Assembly: GCA_029775855.1 (NCBI GenBank)
Contig: JARVJZ010000001.1
Coordinates: 288,001 to 352,000, forward strand
Length of the DNA stretch: 64,000 nucleotides
From: Nitrososphaeria archaeon
GTDB lineage: Archaea; Thermoproteota; Nitrososphaeria; Nitrososphaerales; JAAOZN01
Direction: 5' to 3'
Shown: in pieces, positions 56,781 through 64,000 of the stretch
Layout: every line of letters begins with the position of its first letter
How positions within the stretch are numbered: the first letter of the stretch is position 1
Translations under genes and position numbers: made by a program
The notes under the pieces: model-generated
Told to the model about the DNA's origin: nothing
Database searches by the model: none
What the model saw: the letters and a program-made list of their open reading frames with translations, nothing else

Positions 56781-57965
56781 ATGAGTCTATTTAAACTCCC
56801 AACACTTCAAAAAACGGACATCTTTGCTTGTGCTCAATGCGGCTACTGCGTCAAAAAATGCCCTGTTTATAACGCTCTAAATTGGGAATCCTACTCCCCT
56901 AGAGGCAGACTCTACCTGCTTAAACAGCTACAAGATGAAAACAAATCCTTTTTGGGCAAGTTAATCATAAGAGACAAAATCGACGTAAAAGAAGTCGCTC
57001 AAAGGATCTACGATTGTGCTATATGTGGTAGATGCGAAGAAGCTTGCCACCTAGAGCTTAATCTACCATCCTTATGGGCTAAGGCAAGAGAAGCTTTATT
57101 CTCAATAGGTGCAGCACCCCAACTCCTAACACAAGTCGAAACCACTATACTCAGTAGAAAGAACGTCTTTGGAATGGATGCTGAATCCAGAGGAGACTGG
57201 GTCATATATACTGGTGTAGATGCACCTACCAAGAAGGAAGCTGAAATAGCATACTTCGTCGGATGTGTAACATCATACTCTGGCAGAGTGCAGAGCGTAG
57301 CACAAGCAATCGCCAGCTTATTAAATCACGTAGGCGCAAATTGGACTCTACTAGACGGTGAATGGTGCTGTGGACACCCGCTCTACGTAAGCGGCGCAGT
57401 CTCAAAGTATAAGGAGTTGGCTGAACATAACGTTAAAGCAATCGAATCTACTGGCGCTAAGATTGTAGTAACGGGATGCCCAGGCTGTAGACTCGCACTT
57501 GCTGAGGAGTATCCAGCTATCCTAGGGTATGAGCCCGACTTTGAGGTGCTACACTTTACACAGCTATTGGATCGGTGGTTATCTGAAGGACGGCTTAAGA
57601 TTGAGATGGGTGAAGAGCTCATTACCTATCATGATCCATGTGAACTTGCTAGACTTGGTGGTGTAATCGAGCAGCCTAGAAGAGTAATATCATCGTTAAC
57701 CAGTAGGTTTGTGGAGCCTCTTGAAAGAGGTAGAGATGGTGTATGCTGCGGCTCAGGAGGCATGCTAAAAGCCACTAACCCTACGCTCTCTGCTACACTC
57801 GCTGAATCAAGACTAAACTCTCTTGTGAACACAGGCTCCAGTTTGATACTCTCAGCATGCCCGACTTGTGATCAATCTCTCGCTGAAGCTGCGGTTAAGG
57901 CTCAAAGGAGTGTAAGAGTTGTGGATTTGACTCAGCTAATAGCTGAGCGTCTAGGGTTGATGTAA
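56781..57965 (+). CDS. HdrD/GlcF-like Fe-S/CCG oxidoreductase (copy 3)
   Basis: CAQCGYCVKKCP, SPRGR, CAICGRCEEAC, WCCG..CPGC, YHDPC..CCG..CPTC; abuts the FAD oxidoreductase. Confidence 0.92.
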   Translation: MSLFKLPTLQKTDIFACAQCGYCVKKCPVYNALNWESYSPRGRLYLLKQLQDENKSFLGKLIIRDKIDVKEVAQRIYDCAICGRCEEACHLELNLPSLWAKAREALFSIGAAPQLLTQVETTILSRKNVFGMDAESRGDWVIYTGVDAPTKKEAEIAYFVGCVTSYSGRVQSVAQAIASLLNHVGANWTLLDGEWCCGHPLYVSGAVSKYKELAEHNVKAIESTGAKIVVTGCPGCRLALAEEYPAILGYEPDFEVLHFTQLLDRWLSEGRLKIEMGEELITYHDPCELARLGGVIEQPRRVISSLTSRFVEPLERGRDGVCCGSGGMLKATNPTLSATLAESRLNSLVNTGSSLILSACPTCDQSLAEAAVKAQRSVRVVDLTQLIAERLGLM

Positions 57966-58019
57966 ACCTTAACAGTAACTTCTTTAAGAAACCTTTAGAG
58001 TAGAGAGTGTGAATAGCGA

Positions 58020-59129
58020 ATGGTAGGTTTGGAGTCTCCAGAATATGTTAGGACGAGCTTGGCTGGCGCTATGACGCTAGGATTTGTTCCCGGTAGATTT
58101 TATAGAGACGCAAAGTCTTACTGCCTTAACCTCCTTTTGACTTATAGGGATGGCTGTATGGGGAGATGCGCTTATTGCGGTCTCTCGCGTGCACGCCTAC
58201 CAGATACTCCGTGGTCGGAGCGGAGCTTTATTAGAGTTGACTGGCCTATAGTTAGACTCGACGATGTTATTGAAAGATTATCTAAAGGTTCCTGTGCAGA
58301 TGTTGAGCGTATTTGCGTTTCTATGGTTACTAATGGTAGAGCTAGAATTGACACAATAACCGTAGTTGAGAGAATTAGAAGAGTCTTCGAGCAGATCTCT
58401 GTGTTGATAACACCAACAATAGTCGATGAAGATTGGTTGAAGGAAACCCATGAGGCTGGTGCTGATATGGTTGGTGTTGCTATAGATGCTGCTACACCCA
58501 TGCTCTTCGATTTGTTAAGGGGAAAGAGTGTAGGTGGGCCACATAGGTGGGAGCGTTACTGGAGTATTTTGAAGAGCGCTGTAAAGGTCTTCGGTAGATA
58601 CAACGCTGGAGTGCACTTAATTGTTGGTTTAGGGGAAAGCGAATACGATATGGTTAATGCGATTCAACAAGCATATGATCTAGGTGCTTTGACACATCTT
58701 TTCTCATTCTTCCCAGAGGAGAAGTCGCCAATGGAGTTCTACTCACAGCCTCCAATAGGGCAGTATAGGCGGATACAGCTTGCAAGGTATCTGATAAACA
58801 AGGGTCTTAGCAGAGCAGAACATATGAAGTTTGATAGTAGAGGTAGGATAATTGAGTTTGGCGTGGATGAATCAACCCTAGAAGAGAGTATAACCTGTGG
58901 CGCTCCCTTCATGACATCTGGGTGCAGAAGTAAAAACAGAGAAGGTGCTTGCAATCGACCTTACTCTAACTCCACACCATATCAAGCGTTAATAGGTGAA
59001 ATAAGAAACTACCCCTTCCAACCAACGGCTGAAGATGTTAAGATCATAAGGCTTCAGCTAAAAGACTATTCTGATATCCCGGTTAAACGGTGGGTAGAGG
59101 CTCCTGAGCTGGTGGATGAAGTGGAGTAA
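58020..59129 (+). CDS. lipS2: Radical SAM lipoyl synthase subunit, LipS2-type
   Basis: CMGRCAYC radical SAM motif; C-terminal TSGC...CNRP; context of ligase and H-protein; LipS1/LipS2 naming follows the Thermococcus motifs as I recall them. Confidence 0.8.
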   Translation: MVGLESPEYVRTSLAGAMTLGFVPGRFYRDAKSYCLNLLLTYRDGCMGRCAYCGLSRARLPDTPWSERSFIRVDWPIVRLDDVIERLSKGSCADVERICVSMVTNGRARIDTITVVERIRRVFEQISVLITPTIVDEDWLKETHEAGADMVGVAIDAATPMLFDLLRGKSVGGPHRWERYWSILKSAVKVFGRYNAGVHLIVGLGESEYDMVNAIQQAYDLGALTHLFSFFPEEKSPMEFYSQPPIGQYRRIQLARYLINKGLSRAEHMKFDSRGRIIEFGVDESTLEESITCGAPFMTSGCRSKNREGACNRPYSNSTPYQALIGEIRNYPFQPTAEDVKIIRLQLKDYSDIPVKRWVEAPELVDEVE

Positions 59130-60148
59130 TGGGGATAATAGACACCTGCCTACAGCAGCCTTTTAATACATTAGCAGAGTTATTCGACCGAGCGGAAGAA
59201 ATATTAAAGCAGAACTTTGCAAACAACATTTACCTGTATGCGCCGGGTATGGTGAATTATGAGACAAGCTACTATAAGAGCAGCCCCTTCTCTTTCCCAG
59301 CCATCTCAGTTACTGGTAGGCGATGCTTCCTAAACTGCGACCACTGTGGGGGTAAGTTGCTTGAGAGCATGTTTTCAGCCGAATCGCCAGATAAGCTCTA
59401 CACTTTGATGAAGCGGCTCGTTCAGAAGGGTGCTAAAGGTTTTCTGCTAAGCGGCGGCTGCAACTCACAGGGTTATGTTCCACTTGAGCAGTTTTTGCCT
59501 GTTGTAGCGAAGATTAAGCGTGAAGTATCTATTGAAGTGGTTGTTCACTGCGGCTTAGCTCCTTCACATGTAGCCGATGCGCTTGCAGAATCTGGTGTAG
59601 ACGCAGTTCTACTTGATATAGTAGGTTCAGACGCAACAATAAAAGAAGTCTGCCACCTCGATAAATGTGTTGACTCGTTTAACCACCTTCTGAAGACACT
59701 CTCTGAGCGCTCTTTGCCTGTCGTGCCACATATAGTCGTTGGTATGCATTATGGTATGATGCTTGGAGAAAGATATGCTCTAGCGCTTATCTCAAAATAT
59801 AGACCAGCTGCTGTTGTTATAGTAGCCCTTATGCCACTAGAGGGAACGAAGATGATGCACATAGCACCACCCTCACCACAAGACATCGCTCGAGTTATGC
59901 TTGCAGCTAGGCTCACTATGCCTAACATACCAATAGTGCTGGGCTGCGCTAGGCCTAGAGGAAATCATAGAGTGGCGACAGATGCTTTAGCTGTAAGGTG
60001 TGGTGTCAACGGCATAACCTATCCAAGCGAATCCCTATTCCATATTTGTACGCGTCGTGGAATCCACCTAGCCTTCTCAGAAAAGTGCTGCGGCTTAATA
60101 TGGAGAGATATCTCTAGTTCCATAAATAGGGCTGAGTTCAGCATATGA
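59129..60148 (+). CDS. lipS1: Radical SAM lipoyl synthase subunit, LipS1-type
   Basis: SVTGRRCFLNCDHC; LLSGG; GCARP and terminal CC motifs. Confidence 0.8.
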   Translation: MGIIDTCLQQPFNTLAELFDRAEEILKQNFANNIYLYAPGMVNYETSYYKSSPFSFPAISVTGRRCFLNCDHCGGKLLESMFSAESPDKLYTLMKRLVQKGAKGFLLSGGCNSQGYVPLEQFLPVVAKIKREVSIEVVVHCGLAPSHVADALAESGVDAVLLDIVGSDATIKEVCHLDKCVDSFNHLLKTLSERSLPVVPHIVVGMHYGMMLGERYALALISKYRPAAVVIVALMPLEGTKMMHIAPPSPQDIARVMLAARLTMPNIPIVLGCARPRGNHRVATDALAVRCGVNGITYPSESLFHICTRRGIHLAFSEKCCGLIWRDISSSINRAEFSI

Positions 60149-61713
60149 AACCTACTTGGAGGCTTTTAGACACTGGCTTAAGATCAGCGGCTGAAAATAT
60201 GGCCCTAGACGACATTATACTTGAATGTAGATCTAGGAATCTGGTTCCAGACACCTTAAGGTTCCTCCGGTTTAAGCCCCCAGCTGTCCTTGTGGGCTAC
60301 CACCAAGATGTGCTCCATGAAGTCAGATTAGAGTATGTAAAGAGCCGTGGAATCGATGTTAATAGGAGAATCACCGGCGGCGGAGCCATCTACTTTGATG
60401 AAAACACAATAGGCTGGGAGATTATAGCTTCAAAAGCTTCCTTAGACGAATCAATTAAGATAGAAGGTCTCTTCGAAGTAATGTGTAGAGCACCCATAAT
60501 CGCTTTAAGCAAACTTGGTCTAGAAGCCAGATTCAGACCTAGAAACGACATCGAAGTCAAAGGTAAAAAGATCTCAGGAACAGGAGGGACTGAGCGTGAG
60601 GGTGCTTTCCTCTTTCAAGGCACACTTCTAACCGACTTCGACATAGAATCCATGATCAAATCTCTTAAAATACCCATAGTCAAGCTGAAAGATAAAGAGA
60701 TAGCATCAGCAAAGCAGAGAGTAACTTGTATAAAATGGGAACTAGGCGATACACCATCGTTTGAGGAATTGAAGAGCCTATTAGTTGAAAGCTTCTCAGA
60801 GGCTCTCGATGTAAACTTTAAGGAAGGTGATTTAAGCGAATGTGAACAAAATCTTCTACAGGAGAAGCTCCCCTACTTTCAGTCTGAGGAGTGGATTTAC
60901 CTAGACCGCCGAGCGCCAGAAGAGGCTGGTGTGGTAAGAGCTATAAATAAGGCTAAAGGAGGGCTAGTTGAAGTCTCGTTAACCATAGATCGAAGAGCGA
61001 AGATCATTAAATCCATAATTATAACAGGGGACTTCTTCGCTACACCCTCAAAAGGAGTGCTAGATCTAGAAGCTGCCTTAAAATTTACAAGCTATGAAAG
61101 AGAAAGCCTTGAGAAGACAATCACCTCAGCATTCAAAGAGAAGAATATAGATATAGTGGGTGTAGAGCCCCAATTCATCGCCAACCTAATCACACAAGCA
61201 GTGAACAAGACTAGTCTAGAAGCCTTCGGAATAACTCTAGACGAAGCAAACTACATACACACCATCAACCTAGACTCAACACCTCTGCTAGACTACAAAT
61301 GGAGATATCTTCTACTCCCCTACTGCTCAAAGCTAGTAAGCTGCGCATACCGTAAAGAAGAAGGCTGTGTGCAGTGCGGATTATGCAGCATAGGAGAAGC
61401 ATACAAGCTAGGTCAAGAAGCGGGTTTAATCGTAAAAACGATACAAAATTTTGAACATCTTATGGAGGTTCTAGAAGAGGTTAAGCGCTCAAATTCAGCC
61501 TACATAGGATGCTGCTGCGAAGCCTTTTACACAAAACATTTAGATGAACTGCGTGATATAGGAGTTCCAGCTCTTCTACTGGATATTGATGATAAAACGT
61601 GCTACGACTTAGGTAAGGATGATAAAGCGTATATAGGAACATTCGAGGGTCAGACGACACTAAAACTACCCATACTCACAAAGATCCTAAACACGCTAGC
61701 AAGTGTAGCCTAA
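60145..61713 (+). CDS. Lipoate/octanoate-protein ligase (LplA + LplB-like domains) fused to a Cys-rich DUF116-like domain
   Basis: NMALDD, RRITGGGAIY, NDIEVKGKKISG, ITGDFF; C-terminal LPYC..C..CVQCGLC..GCCCE. Confidence 0.88.
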   Translation: MKPTWRLLDTGLRSAAENMALDDIILECRSRNLVPDTLRFLRFKPPAVLVGYHQDVLHEVRLEYVKSRGIDVNRRITGGGAIYFDENTIGWEIIASKASLDESIKIEGLFEVMCRAPIIALSKLGLEARFRPRNDIEVKGKKISGTGGTEREGAFLFQGTLLTDFDIESMIKSLKIPIVKLKDKEIASAKQRVTCIKWELGDTPSFEELKSLLVESFSEALDVNFKEGDLSECEQNLLQEKLPYFQSEEWIYLDRRAPEEAGVVRAINKAKGGLVEVSLTIDRRAKIIKSIIITGDFFATPSKGVLDLEAALKFTSYERESLEKTITSAFKEKNIDIVGVEPQFIANLITQAVNKTSLEAFGITLDEANYIHTINLDSTPLLDYKWRYLLLPYCSKLVSCAYRKEEGCVQCGLCSIGEAYKLGQEAGLIVKTIQNFEHLMEVLEEVKRSNSAYIGCCCEAFYTKHLDELRDIGVPALLLDIDDKTCYDLGKDDKAYIGTFEGQTTLKLPILTKILNTLASVA

Positions 61714-61714
61714 G

Positions 61715-62773
61715 TTGAAAGATAAATACGATGTTCTGATAGTCGGCGCTGGACCAGCAGGCTCAGCAGCATCTATAAAATGTGTTGAAGAAGGTCTTAA
61801 CACGTTGCTGGTAGAGAAGGGCGGGTTAGGTAGGCATAAACCTTGTGCAGGCGTGCTTCCACCAGTAGCTTCCTATGTGTTAGATGAATTAGGTTTACAT
61901 CTCTCTGATAACGTTCTAAGCGACCCTCCTAAGCTTAAGGTGTTCTATGTCCCACCAAGCGGTAGAGCAAACGGTGGGGAATTAAGAAACTACTTTGTTT
62001 TCAATTTGGATAGAGACCTCTTTGACAGATGGCTTGCTGAGAAAGCGGTTGAAAGGGGTGTTAATCTGCAGACCAACACCAACTTCATAACCCTTGAACA
62101 AGGCGCACAAGTAGAAGCGATCTTGGAAACGAAGGGCAATATACAAAAAGTAGAAGTAGAGTATATAGTGGGAGCAGATGGAGCCAACTCAAAGGTGAGA
62201 AGATGCTTAAAAGACGCGCCAACACAAAAACTACTTACAGTCATTCAGGAGTCTTGGGAAGGCTATGGAGAATTTGAAGACTCTTTCTACACCATCCTAA
62301 ACCGCAAAATAACACCAACATACGGCTACTTGTTGAAGAAGAGAGGCACATTATTAATAGGCACAGGCGCCAAAGACTCTAAACTATGTGTTCAGAGTCT
62401 AGAAGCGTTAAAAAGTTGGCTCAAGAGCATGTTTAACTTCAAGCCAAATAAGATGATTAAAAGAGAAGTAGGATTCCTGCCCTATGGTGAATGCTTCATT
62501 GGATGTGGTAATGTTATGCTTATCGGGGATGCAGCTGGTCTATGCAACAGATTTTCAGGTGAAGGGATTAGATTCGCTTTAGAAAGTGGCTTAACCGTGG
62601 CTGAATCAATCAAGGATGCAAAGAGTGGTTGTCAAGCCTTAGAAATATATAAGATGCGTGCTCAACCTATTCTAGATTTTGTAGAGAAGACTGCAAACAT
62701 ACTTGAGGAAAAGGATGATAAATGGCGAGAAGAATTCGTCTTAACGGAGCTGAGACGCTCTAACCTCTGGTAA
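61715..62773 (+). CDS. Geranylgeranyl-reductase-family FAD oxidoreductase (LipT-like by context)
   Basis: VGAGPAG, KPCAG, VGADGANS, GDAAG..FSGEGI; last gene of the lipS2-lipS1-ligase operon. Confidence 0.8.
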   Translation: MKDKYDVLIVGAGPAGSAASIKCVEEGLNTLLVEKGGLGRHKPCAGVLPPVASYVLDELGLHLSDNVLSDPPKLKVFYVPPSGRANGGELRNYFVFNLDRDLFDRWLAEKAVERGVNLQTNTNFITLEQGAQVEAILETKGNIQKVEVEYIVGADGANSKVRRCLKDAPTQKLLTVIQESWEGYGEFEDSFYTILNRKITPTYGYLLKKRGTLLIGTGAKDSKLCVQSLEALKSWLKSMFNFKPNKMIKREVGFLPYGECFIGCGNVMLIGDAAGLCNRFSGEGIRFALESGLTVAESIKDAKSGCQALEIYKMRAQPILDFVEKTANILEEKDDKWREEFVLTELRRSNLW

Positions 62774-62806
62774 AAATTAAATAAGGAAGGGGGTTGGACC
62801 CCATAT

Positions 62807-64000
62807 TCAGTCTGGCACATAGCTTGGGTATTGGATTTCAGTAGGTTCCCAGTCAGGAAGCTTGCCAGCCATATATGCTTCGTAGCCTGAGAGATCAAGT
62901 AAGCCGTGTCCAGAGTGGTTAAAGACTATTACTTTCTTCTCGCCTGTCTGTTTGCACCTTCTAGCTTCATCTATAACAAACTTTATTTCGTGCGCTGATT
63001 CTGGTGCTGAAATTATCCCCTCTGTTCTAGCAAAGATTTTAGCTGCCTCGAATATTTCGTTTTGATGATATGCGACAGACCTAATGTAGCCTTTTGCAAG
63101 AAGATAGGAGACAATAGGCGCCATACCGTGATATCTTAACCCGCCTGCGTGTATCGGTGGGTTCTTGTAATCCTTGCCTAGCGTATACATCTTAAGTAAG
63201 GGTGTTGTGCCAGCAGTATCACCAAAATCGTAAGTATATTTGCCTCTGGTTGTATGTGGGACAGCTCTAGACTCACAGGCGACGAAGTCTATATCCCTCT
63301 TCTTGTTGATCTTATCGGCAACGAAAGGCAGACAGAAACCTGCGAAGTTAGAGCCGCCTCCGACATTACCAGCCATAACATCCGGCTCCTCGTCTAACAA
63401 TTCGAGCTGCTTTTTCACTTCTAAGCCTATGACGGTCTGATGCATCAACACGTGATTCAACACAGACCCTAGACAATATCTCGCCTTCTCATCGCCCAAC
63501 ACATCTTCAAGCGCCTCGCTAATAGCTATACCTAATGAGCCTGGGTCATTAGGATCCTTTTCTAATAGGCTTCTACCGAACTTTGTTCTGTTGCTTGGGG
63601 AGGAGTAGACTTCTGCGCCCCAAGTCTCCATCATAATTCTTCTGCCGGGCTTCTGTCTGTAGCTAGCTGCAACCATGTAGACTGTGCATTTAAGACCAAA
63701 GATGGCTGAGGACATCGATAGCGCTGAGCCCCACTGCCCTGCTCCAGTTTCTGTGACTACGCGTTCCATCCCTTCTTTCTTATTGTAGTATGCTTGTGCT
63801 AACGCTGTATTCGGTTTATGGCTACCTGCTGGTGTGACGCCTTCCCATTTAAAGTAGATTCTCGCTGGTGTATTAAGATATTCTTCAAGCCTCTTAGCTC
63901 TTATGAGCGGGGTTGGTCTAGATATGAGTTTGTAAGCCTCTAAGACTTCATCTGGTATGGGTATATAGCGTTGAGTCGAAACTTCTTGCGCTACAAGTTC
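62807..64000 (-). CDS. trpB2: Tryptophan synthase beta-like protein TrpB2, 5' end outside the window
   Basis: Frame continues past 63769 to the window edge (GSHKPNTA); [33 protein letters not shown]. Confidence 0.93.
   Translation of the reverse strand, partial: ELVAQEVSTQRYIPIPDEVLEAYKLISRPTPLIRAKRLEEYLNTPARIYFKWEGVTPAGSHKPNTALAQAYYNKKEGMERVVTETGAGQWGSALSMSSAIFGLKCTVYMVAASYRQKPGRRIMMETWGAEVYSSPSNRTKFGRSLLEKDPNDPGSLGIAISEALEDVLGDEKARYCLGSVLNHVLMHQTVIGLEVKKQLELLDEEPDVMAGNVGGGSNFAGFCLPFVADKINKKRDIDFVACESRAVPHTTRGKYTYDFGDTAGTTPLLKMYTLGKDYKNPPIHAGGLRYHGMAPIVSYLLAKGYIRSVAYHQNEIFEAAKIFARTEGIISAPESAHEIKFVIDEARRCKQTGEKKVIVFNHSGHGLLDLSGYEAYMAGKLPDWEPTEIQYPSYVPD

Overview
Archaeal genomic window, probably a TACK-type (Nitrososphaeria/Aigarchaeota-like) non-methanogen; the taxonomy is inference from gene content. 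It has four blocks. (1) 1-11.8 kb is housekeeping: pyrD (partial), nop5-fibrillarin, DNA polymerase IV, zinc-containing ferredoxin, endonuclease IV, tRNA-Leu(TAG), NnrD, HtrA and an unlisted 47-aa DUF5679-like protein. (2) 11.9-28.4 kb is a redox/catabolic block: two paralogous Rieske genes, a thioredoxin-reductase-like flavoprotein with a destroyed NADPH site, a cytoplasmic PadB/ArrA-like molybdoenzyme with Fe-S and NarI-like partners, cytochrome b, a Liv-type ABC transporter and a membrane-thioredoxin-solute-binding fusion. (3) 28.5-36.3 kb holds an Hrq/DUF1998 helicase and a cas-less CRISPR array of about 80 spacers. (4) 36.4-62.8 kb is a self-contained cluster: hypFCD/hypEAB plus maturation protease, hdrCBA-mvhDGA (group 3c NiFe hydrogenase-heterodisulfide reductase), three HdrD-like CCG proteins, an HdrE-like membrane protein, two glycine-cleavage-H/LbpA-like proteins (one lacking the lipoyl lysine), OsmC and a complete LipS1/LipS2-ligase-LipT-like lipoate pathway; trpB2 (partial) follows. 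Best candidate for a novel system: an electron-bifurcating Mvh-Hdr complex whose disulfide substrate is protein-bound lipoate rather than CoM-S-S-CoB. All calls are from motif recognition by eye; no database searches were run.
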